A stretch of 63,989 bases of DNA, the filler included, from Octopus bimaculoides (taxonomy: Eukaryota): the NCBI RefSeq assembly GCF_001194135.2. It is 5 parts of 4 records of this genome, joined end to end, with 100 filler letters (N's around TTAATTAATTAA, not from the genome) between each part and the next. Parts side by side here need not be neighbours in the genome. Positions count along the whole stretch, not along the records: positions 1 to 9,174 come from NC_068987.1; positions 9,275 to 36,981 come from NC_068981.1; 3 more parts are not named here. The stretch is one strand, 5' to 3'. The position numbers and the translations under genes were made by a program. The notes under the pieces are model-generated. The model made no database searches, was not told the DNA's origin, and saw only the letters and a list, made by a program, of their open reading frames with translations. Position 1 is the first letter of the stretch. Each line of letters begins with the position of its first letter. Below are positions 1 to 12,328 of this stretch, piece after piece.

Positions 1-27
1 GCGTTATATACAGCAGATAAAAAAGAG

Positions 28-147
28 TCAGTAACACGTGTGAGCATTTGCCGGTTTGTTGAGTACACAATAGGAAGAGTCTGTATGAAAGAAGTTGAGG
101 CGTGTATGTGGCATAGCGATCACTAGTTGTGATGTTGTGGCTTCCAT
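28..147 (-). other. Short ATG-initiated ORF (39 aa, MEATTSQLVIAMPHTRLNFFHTDSSYCVLNKPANAHTCY*); possible uORF or start of a leftward gene
   Basis: ATG in GGCATGG context at 147-145, TGA at 30-28; lies downstream of the putative leftward promoter; no recognisable homology. Confidence 0.15.
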
Positions 148-547
148 GCCGGGCCGGGTTCTTGTTATACAGATGTTCGTCGCTGGCTGGGCTCTTGTCT
201 ATTATTTATCGTGGTGAAGAAGAATCACACAAACAGAATCGAAGAGAGAGAGAGAGAGAGATGTGCCGCGGTAGTTTGGTTATTGGTGTACATAGAAAGT
301 CGTGTTGACTATATTGGCGACGTCGGTGGCGAATCTTGTAGCTCGTAGTTGAAGTGGTGTTGACGCTGGCGACGATGATGCTGGTTAGTAGTCGTATAGT
401 CGTGTTGTTGATGGCGACGTCGGTGGTAGTCGTAGCTGGAGATGCTGTTGATGTAGTCGCTGGAACTGCTGCTGCTGATCTGTGTGGTACACGGAACAGT
501 CTCTAAGAGAAACTGAACCGAGACCAATTTGCCGGGTATAATCTAGG

Positions 548-778
548 CTATTTATAACAAATTAGGGGCTCCAGGAGAGGTATTAGAAAAACACTATCAC
601 GTGACCTTATTAAGGGCTGTGATTGGTCAGTTTGCGTTCTGGCGGGAACGGTATGAAGCAGTTGCCGCTTCAAATAATAATCAGTCACGTGATGACAGGG
701 AAAAATGTTTTCCACTACGCCCGCGCTTGTTTATATATAATAGTGAGAAGATGGTTTGTTTGTAATTAATGGCGATAG
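548..778. promoter_or_regulatory. CpG-rich putative bidirectional promoter
   Basis: ATCACGTGAC (596-605) and its exact reverse complement GTCACGTGAT (684-693); ATTGG/CCAAT at 622-626; TATA-like TATAAATA on - (556-549) and TATATAA on + (~732-740); CpG retained; possible weak donor AG|GTAGTT at 778/779. Confidence 0.55.
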
Positions 779-993
779 GTAGTTTCACTACAGTTGTTAT
801 AAATTTGTTGCTATCCATGCTTCTTTTCCATGAAGCAGATGGTCTCTGACAATTGTCTAGCGTATCTCTTCAATGATCTGTGGGTTTGAGATGTTTTTGC
901 TCAGTCCATCCGGCGCTGCTTATTTTAACGACGTTGATTCGACGATGACTTATTTAACATCAGAAGTTTTATTGCTCCTCCTGTTTTAATCTT

Positions 994-998
<5 letters not shown>

Positions 999-1079
<81 letters not shown>
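999..1079. repeat. (CT)n microsatellite
   Basis: About 80 bp of pure CT repeat. Confidence 0.97.
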
Positions 1080-1082
<3 letters not shown>

Positions 1083-1199
1083 CTCTGTTCATACGTGTCG
1101 GCATCTAGTTATGTTTGTATGCATGTGTAACGCCTCTTTTTACCTTTCCTTTTCATCCTTTCTCTCTCTCTCACTCTGTATGTGTATATTTCTGCGCAT

Positions 1200-1840
1200 C
1201 TGTTTGTGTGTTTGCCTCTAGTGCCTAAACGTATTGTCACCATAACAGGGCGATCATTAGCCTGTCAGCCGTCGAAATTCATCATCGTCTAAATAGCATT
1301 GTCCCATCGTCTCCTTCAGATTGTCCGTGTCTTTCTTTTCTAGTGTTCATCATCACTTTCTCAGTGTATTGGTCTTAATTTCGATTCTGTTTTTAGCTAA
1401 ATACAATTTCCTATTATTCTTTGGAGAAAGAGATTTGTGCCTGCTATCCTAATGATGTTTTTGTTTTCATGCTCGTAAGCTTAAGCGAAGTTACTGAGGA
1501 TCTCTATTTTTTTCTCTACAAGGAAATGTTATTTCAGTGTTGTAAAATCCGGTTCACGATTGATAGCTGGAAATATAATCTGTCTACACCTCCGTTGGTG
1601 TTGAAATTTTCAATAATGTTGAGCACTTTTAAAGTTTCAATACGCATCTTACAATTCGCACATCAGCAAATTGTACATATGCTGACATAATAAATCAGCG
1701 ACAAGAGCGACCAGCTCTAAGTGTTTATGAGCGAAGGCTCGGTATACGTAGCTGTTTGTGTGTTTGCCTCTAGTGCCTAAACGTATTGTCACCATAACAG
1801 GGCGATCATTATCCTGTCAGCCGTCGAAATTCATCATCGT
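1200..1840. repeat. 89-bp direct repeat pair (1200-1288 and 1752-1840)
   Basis: CTGTTTGTGTGTTTGCCTCTAGTGCC...GAAATTCATCATCGT occurs twice with one mismatch (cattagcc vs cattatcc), 552 bp apart. Confidence 0.95.
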
Positions 1841-1874
1841 AAGGACGCAGAAAAAGCTTGCGTCATTCAATCGG

Positions 1875-1882
1875 TGACGTCA
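1875..1882. promoter_or_regulatory. Perfect palindromic CRE (TGACGTCA)
   Basis: Exact motif, with a TGCGTCA half-site about 16 bp upstream; function not shown. Confidence 0.3.
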
Positions 1883-2225
1883 TTCATGGATCAGAAGTTA
1901 CTTATAAGGGGAACATCTTCTCTCCAGACGACTTGTACAGCGTATTGCCTTTCCATGACTAACGTTCACGAACATGCTAAATATTGGTTTATATAACGAC
2001 ACACGCATACACTCACAAACACACACAAATACACACATATTAATGCTTGTATTTAAATGAAGTTTTATATAAACACAATAAAACATTGAACTGGAGTATC
2101 ATGAGATACTTTTTAGTTGATTGTACATTAAATTCTGCAAGGAAAAAGCTGATAGCAACACCAATCTGATGACGAATGGTAAAGCGAAGCTTCGGAGTCA
2201 CTGTTAATCCTTTTCTTGCCAAAAT

Positions 2226-2266
<41 letters not shown>

Positions 2267-2640
2267 AACGGTGCAGAAATACTTGATACAAACCATAAAA
2301 GAGGCACTGCACTTGGTCTGTTACATTGACACTGACATCTAATGAAAGATCGCTTGGCTGTTTTGTGTCGAGAGTAAGATTCAAAGGACTGACCGAAGCT
2401 ACGATGTCTGCAAAGAAATAAAGTAATAGATTGAATTTTAAGGAAAGTTAATAGCTTATTCATATGCTTACTTTGTTCAACTAAACGTAAGCGAGGAGTA
2501 AAAGTAAAAAATAAAACTAAGTCAGTTTCACCTGTAACGGAGAGTCTGTAAAAAGATATGGGCTCCATCATCTCCTTCAGATGAAGACATTTAAAAAATA
2601 GGGAAAATGAAAAATTCGTTCGTACCAGAGTTTAAAGAAG

Positions 2641-2815
2641 GCTGCGGGCTGGCAGAACTGTTGGAGGGTCGAAAGCAGTGTTTAATAGTAGTTCTGCAGG
2701 TTCTTACGTTCTGAGTTCAAATTTCGCAAAGATATACTTTGCCTGCCAACGTTGAAGGATCGATAAAATAAATACCAGTTGAGTTTTGGTGTCGATAAAA
2801 TAAATTTGCCCCTTT
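2641..2815 (+). mobile_element. Decayed tRNA-derived SINE (family A)
   Basis: gctggcagaa...ttacgttctgagttcaaatt...cgataaaataaataccagttgag aligns by eye with the 44397 copy. Confidence 0.75.
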
Positions 2816-3014
2816 TCCTAAAAATATTAGTCTTCCACCAATATTTGAAACCGTCATTTAGAATTTGAAGGACGCTTGTTGAAGGAAACAGTACTGGCAT
2901 GAAGTGTTTGACAGAATGTAATTTTGTCCCCGCTATGTTTTGAATTCTAAATTTGTTCAATTTTGCTTTGCATCATATAATAAAGGTTTCAAATTTTGAC
3001 ACAAGGCCAGCAAT

Positions 3015-3180
3015 TTTAAGGGAGAGGGATTAAGTTGATTATATCGATCCCAGTGCTCAACTGGTACTTATTTCACGGATCTCGAAAGGATGAAAAGCAA
3101 AGTCGACCGCGGGGGATTCTGAGCTCAAAACGTAAATAACCGGAAGAAATACCCCTAAGCATTTTGTCCGACACGCTATA
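3015..3180 (-). mobile_element. SINE family A, reverse copy
   Basis: atcgatcccagtgctcaactggtactta...gaaaggatgaaaagcaaagtcgacc is the reverse complement of the 44397 copy body. Confidence 0.8.
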
Positions 3181-4595
3181 CAGAAATTCATAAGCACCAC
3201 CCACGGTGATGCACACTAAATTCTTTTGACTTCTTTCATCGTCCTGGGCACGTGAGCATCGACAACCATATGATTCCTGCAGGATTTCAAGGTCAATACC
3301 ACCACGAACAGTAAGGAACTGGATGCTGTGGATACCCTTAGGTCGAGGACTGACCCAGAGAAAGCCATATATTTTTCAGTAAGATTTTACTCACTCAGAT
3401 GGCCTTCACCACCCAGGAGTAACTAATCGAGAACTTTCACGATCAAGTGACTCATAGAATGCGACCTCTTGGTTCTCTTAATATAATCCCTGGACTATTA
3501 CGTCTGCAGTGTCGTTGAAAGAGAGAGAAAACTGGTGATCACATTCGAGGAAGAGTGTCATCATGCGAGGACAACACGAACAAGAATCTTCTAATCTTGG
3601 CATGGCAGTCGTCTCTGTGACCGCATGTAGGCCGTCGTTGAGGCTGTGAATAACCCTATTTCTTTAGCATATTTTGTTAAGAAGGGAAAGGATTTCTCTG
3701 AAAACATATTGTTTTCATTTTAACATATTCTGTTTTGATCTCAGTCATTTTGGGGTTGCTTGTATGCGAGCAAAACAGAAAGCTCAGTGCTATGTGAATG
3801 AAATCCCTCAAGCTAATTGCTCTCATTCAATAGGACTCTCCCTCATTACTCTTACTGTTTTAATGCAGTGATCCACTGATAATTGACCTGTTGAATATCT
3901 CTAACGACGATATTGTTTAGAAATTGCAATATGATATAAAAACAAACAACTAAAGTCGGAAAGCTCGCTATTTTTCCGTCGCATTCATCGCCATTGTCCG
4001 ATCTCCGAATTTACGGACAACAGTAAAATCCCTGCATGCTAATTAGAAAAGGATCTGCAAAGATGGTGGTGAGATTAATTTTGCTCGTATGGTAATGTTC
4101 ATTTGCTAGCTTAATTAGTTTATTTTTCAGCTAGCTAGAAATAGCAGCCAAATGTCCTTCACATCACACTTCACGATCTTAGACAGATGGAAAACCTCAC
4201 TGGACAATTTATTTCTAGACATACACTATGACTTCAAAAGAAAAAGGTGAGATAGTTATGACTTAAACACTTCTGATCATAGATCCGGTCGATCAGAGTT
4301 GATTTGGAGCAAAACAATAAGTTGCGCGAGTGGCATGTTCAGGTAAGCGTAGAAACGGACATGGTCTGATGACTAAGCAAAGTAAATAAGGGAAAAAAAC
4401 CTTCAACAACATTTATAAGCTATTATTATCATTCAGTCTCTCGTATAAACTACGTAGGCTTTCTATAACCTGTTACAGAGACAATAAGTATGTTTCGTTT
4501 GTTTCGGAAAAAAGAAGGAAGTTGCAAATTTTAGTTAGTGCCTGGTTACTAAGGGAACAAAGCATTTTGCTGTGCATGGTTGATTAATTTTTGCG

Positions 4596-4631
<36 letters not shown>

Positions 4632-7153
4632 GTTATACTAAACATGTTATACTGCAACTAACGTAAAACGATATTTTTTCAAGACTTTGCTTGACTGCAG
4701 CGGTAACCACCAACTTCGTAATTAAGATAGAAATTTCATCGCTGGTTTCCTGTGTTACTACAAAATATAGTTGCTTCAACAATCACCTCAATTATTATAT
4801 ATTGCAAAACATTAGTATTTCTGTCTCCGATAGCAGACACTGACCTTCAGAATGACCGAATATATTCTAGTTCTACTTGGAAAATTGATTTTATGGCATT
4901 GAACATAAAAGGATTGATCCTTCCAATTTTTCTTTTCTTTTTCAATGACTAATCGTATCAATGTTTTTTTATTCACGGCAGCTAAAACTTTCTGTGATAA
5001 CAGATTGTATTGAGGCAGGCTTACACAGCAGATTCAAAAGTGTTCCCACATAGAAACCTTGCCCTGGGTGGACTTCCTCCTCGCTCCCAACCTCGCTAGG
5101 CTACTGGCATGTACACGTATTAAGTTGTCAGATAAATCTGTTCGTTTCCCCACCTTCAACTTGACACTCCATTCTCATACGTCTAGAAGGAGGTAAAAGT
5201 TATCCAAATTTCAAAAACTATAAACAAAAAGTGTAGCGGAAGAATAGAGCTACAAAAAATCTCAAAAAAATACGATAAAAATATTTTTTGAGTTAATATA
5301 AATAAGATTGGAAAATATTAAAAGAAAGGAAGAGAGAGGGAAAAAGAAAAAAACGAACGAATTTATCTGACAACCAGTAGAATAATTTCACGACATGATG
5401 CTATTCCCGTAAAACTGTAGTGACCCTGGATGGCTTGGTTGCTTGAGTTGAAGTGGTCAATGAAAATATATTTCTTTGGCTGCGCGAATAATAACAAGCA
5501 AATCCATGAACATTTAAGTGAAATGTTTATAGCCAGACACAAATATATATGGTGTTGTGCTATTTGCAATGAAGAATATAAATAATTGCCAACTGGAAGA
5601 CGGAAAAACCGTGCCGCGTCCGTGGAAGTTACTTATGAAGCATTATGTGAATGTTTGCTGTGAATCTTTCTGAGAACCTGGAGCTATCTGCGCAAATATC
5701 CAGAACTGTCTCCTTGGCAAGAATGGGGGCACAGGTTAGTAAGCCACCTTCAGCACTCTGCGATCAATTGAGCGCAAAAAACGATTTTTATAGGGGACAA
5801 AAAGTCAAATTCCAGAACATTCGAGAAAACTACAACCTCGCATTGATTGATCGATTTATAGATGGAACATGTGAAACTATGGTGGTTAACACGTGCTGTC
5901 TGATCGAGTATCCAGCGGTTACATTTCGAATCACCTCTACAGTAGTTGCAAAATGGTCCAGAACGAAACGTGCGTCAATTAAGACAATACTATGTTTTTT
6001 TTTTTTTTGAAATTTAACTTAAATTTGACTTACCTGATTTTCTGTAAACTTTCAGGCTGGAAAAACTATCTTTTAAGCCTTGTGAGTTATTCAAATAGAT
6101 ATCATAAGTTCCTAGCAAAAATATAATGTCCTTTGTTATTTATGTCAATGAAATATTTCACAGACAATTTAGAAGACATTTTTATGTTAAGTTTTTTTTT
6201 CTGCCTTAGTTGTAATACCATTCAGATTTATTGAAGAGAAAGATGAACTTGTGAGAAAAATTTTCAAAATACTCGTGTGTATGTGGAAAGCTTCTTAACT
6301 TTTCCTATCATACTTGAATTTTAATTTATAAGGGGTATAAAAATTTTAGGAATACAGAGAAGGAAGAGGCTGAAGAGAAATATGAGGAATTAGATGTGAA
6401 GGAGAGAAATGAAGAGGAATTAATAAACGTTGAATACCAAAAATGTCTGCTACCCAATACCAAACATGTCCGGGGTAAAACATCCTTTCAATGTACAACT
6501 GATATGGTTCACACCAAAAGTTTTACTTTCGTTCTTGTTTGGACAACAGACACATCAACGCTTTCGTCTGTAGCAAATATTGTCCTCATGCTAATTTCAT
6601 TAACTCCTCAATCCACTTTCAGAGAACAATGCAACTGAGAAATTCATTTACGTGTTTTTGCCGTACATGCTGATATTGGTGTTACTGTTGTTGCATGTTG
6701 TTGCAATTGGAATCCAACTGACGTTCCCGTTCTGTTCTGCTGGGGGTGAACATAAGTCCTATGACTTCATCGTTTTCTTAAATTTTTCTATCTCAGAGGG
6801 ATGAAAGTCAAAGGTCGACATTAGTATGACTGAACACAAAATGTAAAAGTTTCGTAAGCAGAAAGCGGAAGACATTTAAAGTTTCTGCTACGATAGAAGA
6901 ATAAAAAGTGACAAATTCTTACCTTTGGTTAGGTTTACAACCGCACTGATATGGCTTGAATTTACAAGGGTATGCGGAATAATTCCCTTTATGTCTAGAA
7001 CCATTTTGTCGTCTTTAGGTCCGGCCACATTAATATACAGTGTCTTGAAAACAAAAACAATCATAAACGTATGTTAATAACCAACATTGGAGATGTTGTC
7101 TTAATAAACCTTTTATATACATCCGCACATGCATACATACATACATGTGTGTG

Positions 7154-7199
<46 letters not shown>

Positions 7200-7200
7200 A

Positions 7201-7236
<36 letters not shown>

Positions 7237-7243
7237 TAGATAG

Positions 7244-7309
7244 GGCGGCGAGCTGGCAGAATCGTTAGCGCGCCGGGCGAAATGCTTAGCGGTATTTCGT
7301 CTGTCTTTA
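7244..7309 (+). mobile_element. SINE family A, 5' head only
   Basis: ggcggcgagctggcagaatcgttagcgcgccgggcgaaatgcttagcggtatttcgtctgtc, nearly identical to the start of the 44397 copy; follows a (GA)n tract. Confidence 0.85.
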
Positions 7310-7571
7310 TGCCCTAATTGTGAAGAACTGTACGTTGGCCAGACAGGTATTGCACTATCGGAACGCTCACGGGTACATCGACATCAGATTAAAAACTCAG
7401 AAGTCCGCCAAATACCACTGAGTTACCATCTGGCAACATGTGGTCATCAAACTTTTATTATATTTCCATTCCATAAACTTTACAACCGGAATGAAATTGA
7501 GAGAAAATGCAAAGAAAAAGACTTTATCAAGAAATTCAAACCCACTCTTAACAAGCAATGATTAAATTTAT

Positions 7572-7797
7572 CTTACTTGGGGTTTAAAAATCTTACCCCT
7601 ATAACTAAAACACAAAAAATCTCTCAAATATCATCATTTCTAAAAATAGATTTGGCATCATTTCTAAGAACAGCCAAACACCTACTGGGGTTTAAAAATC
7701 TTATCCCTACAACCCAAACACAAAACAATCTCTGAAATATCATCATTTCTAAAAATAGATTTGACATCAATTCTAAAAATAGCCAAACACCTACTGC
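7572..7797. repeat. About 108-bp tandem repeat, two copies, running into a gap
   Basis: ggggtttaaaaatctta at 7579 and 7687; cctactg at 7681 and 7790. Confidence 0.9.
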
Positions 7798-8153
7798 TGC
7801 TGTCNNNNNNNNNNNNNNNNNNNNNNNNNNNNNNNNNNNNNNNNNNNNNNNNNNNNNNNNNNNNNNNNNNNNNNNNNNNNNNNNNNNNNNNNNNNNNNNN
7901 NNNNNNNNNNNNNNNNNNNNNNNNNNNNNNNNNNNNNNNNNNNNNNNNNNNNNNNNNNNNNNNNNNNNNNNNNNNNNNNNNNNNNNNNNNNNNNNNNNNN
8001 NNNNNNNNNNNNNNNNNNNNNNNNNNNNNNNNNNNNNNNNNNNNNNNNNNNNNNNNNNNNNNNNNNNNNNNNNNNNNNNNNNNNNNNNNNNNNNNNNNNN
8101 NNNNNNNNNNNNNNNNNNNNNNNNNNNNNNNNNNNNNNNNNNNNNNNNNNNNN

Positions 8154-8192
<39 letters not shown>

Positions 8193-8241
8193 TAACAAGA
8201 ATTATGGTTTTTATTATAACATTGTCTGTGTGTGTGGATAG

Positions 8242-8346
8242 ATGGAGGTAGGTGAACAAAGGAAAGAAGCTAACACTCAACACAAGTTCACTCAGCCTCA
8301 TCAACCACTCCAAGTTAGCGAAGATCATTCAACCCCTTCAACGACA
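8242..8346 (+). CDS. Candidate upstream exon (35 codons, MEVGEQRKEANTQHKFTQPHQPLQVSEDHSTPSTT)
   Basis: ...tgtgtggatag|ATG start, open frame, higher-GC island in AT-rich flank, donor ACA|GTATGT in phase 0; acceptor tract weak; not in the ORF track because it is under 60 aa. Confidence 0.4.
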
Positions 8347-9039
8347 GTATGTACATTCTTATATTCACATTTATTCTCATTATTAATTTGTAATTATTAT
8401 CATTATTGATTAATAATCATCTCTGATCTTGTTTTGAACCGTTACCTTTTATTTAACGATTTATATAAAAAGTAAATTTTAACCAGTGACTAGAGACGTT
8501 TTTGTGGGCGCCTTCGATTTTATTTTTATTTTCTTTCGTTCCTTTTCTGACTCTATGCCCTAATACCTCTCTTTTTCTGTCTTGTTGATGACATATGAGG
8601 CCAAAGTGTAGGCCAAACTTGCAAGCTATGTGACAAAACTTTCAAATCAACGAAGCTACTGCCTTTACGATGATCCTACCATTATCTGTGAATGTTACTC
8701 TAGGGTTTGTCCTTATTCTCGTTAAACACGTTCAATTTTCAAACTATTCCTCTTTACACCAGTCTTTTCTTATTTTCGGAAGCATTCTACGGTATGTTCC
8801 ATCCTAAACAAAAGTAAGCTTTCTGAAACGCTAATTGTCTTACCATTGCTCTCGCCTTAAAAAGCTGTTAATAATGTCTTTCTCCAACTCTTGACTACAA
8901 AGAATAAGTCCTGGGGTTGATTTGTTCGACTACAGGTGGTGCTCCGGCATGGCCGTAGTCAAATGATTGAAACAAGTAGAAGGCTATCGCTAGCTACTAA
9001 ATCCTTTTTTAATTTTCTCTTTCTGTTTATTTCTGTGTT

Positions 9040-9077
9040 TCTTTCTATTGAAGAGCATAGGCTCGAAACATAAAAGA
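9040..9077 (+). ncRNA. Degenerate minimal type-I hammerhead-like motif at the start of a repeat fragment
   Basis: TCTTT-CTATTGA-A-GAGC-ATAG-GCTC-GAAA-CA-TA-AAAGA: stems I and II pair; core differs from CTGANGA at G5 and A6. Confidence 0.45.
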
Positions 9078-9174
9078 TTTCTCACTTCCCGAGCGTTAAA
9101 CTAATAGATCTGCTTGTTGTTTACACACCCATCTTCGTCTTTTGTTTTTTTAATGTAAATTCCAACTATATATA

Positions 9175-9274
9175 NNNNNNNNNNNNNNNNNNNNNNNNNN
9201 NNNNNNNNNNNNNNNNNNTTAATTAATTAANNNNNNNNNNNNNNNNNNNNNNNNNNNNNNNNNNNNNNNNNNNN
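9175..9274. other. Assembly spacer N44-TTAATTAATTAA-N44
   Basis: Exactly 100 nt; the palindromic 12-mer at 9219-9230 gives stops in all six frames. Confidence 0.95.
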
Positions 9275-9364
9275 TTCACGAAGGAAATGACAATGGACTG
9301 AGATGTCTAGCAATATGAAGTTCTTGGGAAGACCTGCCCACATCAGCGAAACTGAATTCTAGAA

Positions 9365-9985
9365 GTGCTGTGTGTCCCACCCACCCTTGAGAAAACTTCT
9401 CACACACTATACCACAACAAACCAAACTACGTCTCCACATCTCTTCTCTTCCTCACATTTCCGCTTCATGCACTATGCTTACTTCCCACTCCCCCAATAC
9501 TGCTCTCTTGGCCCTGTGCCACTGTATCACTGCTATCTGGTAGTCCCCCCCCCCGACTCACACTCCCCACCTCTGCACTCTTTAATCACACTTCCTTTGC
9601 AATATCCTGCCACTTATATCATGGCATTCGAACCTCAAAGGTATGCCCTGGCACTTGCTACCATCGATATCTCTCTCTTCCATTCCCCTCCCATTTATAT
9701 TCTGATCCCCATCTCTTGTGAGTATGCCCAGCATTTTGTCACTATCTCTATCCTTCTGTCTCCCACTCTCTCTCTCTCACCTTCTCTTGCACTTCTCCCA
9801 GGGCGGGTAACCAAGTATTTCCTTTGTGGTAGCGCACCGGTTTTTGTCTTCATTCCTGATCTCTCTCTCTCTTTTTCCCTCCGTCTGGGTAACCTTGTAC
9901 TTCCTCTACAGTAAAACACCTGTTTCTGTCTCTCAGTCTCACTATAACCTTTCATCAGCCAACACAGGATCACCTTCTCTAATGC
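9365..9985 (+). repeat. Pyrimidine-rich interspersed repeat fragment, probably a retroelement 3' region
   Basis: Strongly C/T-skewed; purine-rich stretches of similar character at about 15790-15960, 29810-30040 and 37840-37980 may be reverse copies; no convincing coding motif. Confidence 0.35.
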
Positions 9986-10039
9986 CCCTTCCCCTCTTGA
10001 AATTTTTTTTTAATTTTGTCTTGCAAGTACTTGTTGACC

Positions 10040-10326
10040 CTGTCAGTGCAGATGCCACTTAAAAGCATCCAGTCCACACTGTCAAGTGGTTGGTGTTCAG
10101 AAGAACATCCAGCTGTAAAAATCTTGCCAAATTGACCTTGCCTGTGTCACATTAAAAGCATTAAGTCCACTCTGCTGAGTGGTTTGTGTTAGGAAGGGCA
10201 CTAAGCTGTAAAAATCCTGACAAAGTAGTTACAGAAGTCTGGTGCAGGCTTCTGCCTGGCTGGCTCTTGTGAAACTATCCCAACCATGCTGGCATGGAAG
10301 GCGGACGTTAAACAATGATGATGATG
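10040..10326 (+). mobile_element. SINE family C with an internal duplicated module and (ATG)n tail
   Basis: ttaaaagcat...agtggtt.gtgtt..gaag..ca...agctgtaaaaatc occurs twice, then ccaacccatgctggcatggaaggcggacgttaaacaatgatgatgatg. Confidence 0.8.
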
Positions 10327-10393
10327 TATATGCACATATGCAGATTGTATGTGTGTGTGTATAGATGTATATGCATGTGCATATATATATATT

Positions 10394-10779
10394 TTTACTT
10401 GTTTCAGTCATTTGAGTGTGGCGATACTGGAGCACCATCTTTTAGTTGAACAAATCAACTCTATGATTTATTTTTTATGCCTGGTACTTACTCTATCGAA
10501 ATCTTTTGCCAAACCGCTAAGTTACAGGGATGTAAACACACCAACACCAGTTCTTAAGCAGTGATGAGTGACATGACAAGCACAGACACACACACACACA
10601 CATGTATATAGATATATATATATGTATACGACAGGCTTCTTTCAGTTTCTGTCTACCAAATCCACTCACTTTGGTTGGCTCGAGGCTATAGTAGAAGACA
10701 CTTGCCCAAGGTGCTACGCAGTGGGACTGAATCCAGAACCATGTGGTTGGGAAGCATGCTTTTTACCACCCAGCCATGG
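10394..10779 (-). mobile_element. tRNA-derived CORE-like SINE (family B), CpG-decayed copy
   Basis: On -: tRNA-like head (ggttctggattcagtccc B-box-like) then gcaccttgggcaagtgtctt (CORE-like), central CA/TA microsatellite, tail ending aaacaagtaaa. Confidence 0.85.
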
Positions 10780-12328
10780 CGATAATATATATGTGTGTGT
10801 GTGTGTGTGTGTATACACAGCTATATCTATCTATTTATATATGCAGGCATACATTATATGTGCATTAAACACAATGACACCCATAAATGTGTGTGTGTGC
10901 ATTTAGTATCTGCATGCAAAACTTTTTTTTAGTTTAGTTTACTTCACAACCATTTGTTTGTTCCAGGTTCATTCCCAGCTTGACTGTCTGTCTGTCACAC
11001 CTTCTTTCTTTCTGTCTCTCTCTCTTTCCCCCCCTCTCATTGCCTGACTGTCTATAATATAAATTTATCAAGTGAGTGGTGGTGAATTTAGCACATGCTT
11101 CTGTTTATTGCATATGTATTTGGGCATTTTGTAAAAACATCACATTGTATGCACATATTGAAACTGAATTGCTACAATGCAAGGACTATGCCTTTATAAC
11201 ATTCAAGTAGATTACCTAACCTTTTATAGTATCTAATACATACATACTCTTGTTGTAATAGTGCTAGCAATGCGATACAATTTATGCACAATCATTTTTT
11301 TTAAATTGCTTTTGTTTTGTTCTTGTTATACTTTTCTTTTAATGTGTTTGTAATCTTTAAAAAAATATGTAAAATTTTATTGGCAGGAGGTGTGTGAATC
11401 TGGTTATTTATATATATTCTTTGTGACAATGCTGTCATATTTTTTTTGTAGAAAAATATTTATGAGCATATTACATACCGCCAAGCAACAATCTCATCAC
11501 CCTTCCCTCTAAACAAAGCAATTGAAGGAAATTCTCTGTGATGGCACGACCTGCTAGAAATAGCAGCTAAACAAAAAAAGAAAAGACACATTAGATAATG
11601 TAGCCCTAGATAACCTAAAAATATGTGATAGTCATGGATGGAACGTCTTTTTCTTCATAGGTCTGTTAGACTAGGATTGATCTGTGATTAAAGAAAGGGT
11701 ACAAATAAATTAGGCTTTTGATTATTAATTTACTATATAGTTTTGTGTTCTAATCTTACAGTCTTATGGGGAAGGGGTTATGGCTCTGAGTACCTCATCT
11801 GTTACAAGGTCATGAACTTTCCTCTTCACCTCCCCACTACCACTTGTGTAGTATGAGTAAGCTCTTTCCATTTATATTCCCTTAATATATGAGATGGAAG
11901 TGAATGAAAGAGAGAGGAGGGAGGGAGGGAGGAAAAAGAGAGAAAGGGAGAGAGTGTGTATGAGTTTTGTGCAAGATTATTCTAGGGGTTGTGGACAACA
12001 ACAACTGATAATAAACAGTTGCAGACTTGCATAAACCCTCCTCCTCCTCCTCCTGAGTTTATTCATTTATATAGGTGCAGTCTTGGCCATGGGGGTTAAG
12101 AAGTGGATATTAAGTTTGATCCTACTCTGAAATGCCTTGAGCATACGCTTTTTATATATAATATATGCGTGCGCACGTGTGTGTGTGTGTGTATGCACAT
12201 GAATACATACATGCATGCGTGTATGTATGTTTGTTTGTATGTCATTACTCAGTTTTATCTCAAGATTTCTTACCAGTAGAGAAAGAACCAGTTTCTAACC
12301 TAGATCCAATGTATGTATGTGTTTTTAT

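Noticed and set aside
309-527. 72-aa - strand ORF as a protein-coding gene
   Set aside because: TTG start, low-complexity sequence, no splice support; better read as a leader
1200-1840. LTR/TRIM retroelement
   Set aside because: No primer-binding site, polypurine tract or TSD seen around the 89-bp repeats
2128-2960. Two - strand ORFs (147 and 92 aa) as a transposase or gene
   Set aside because: No recognisable motif; one includes a (GT)n tract and the other overlaps the antisense of a SINE
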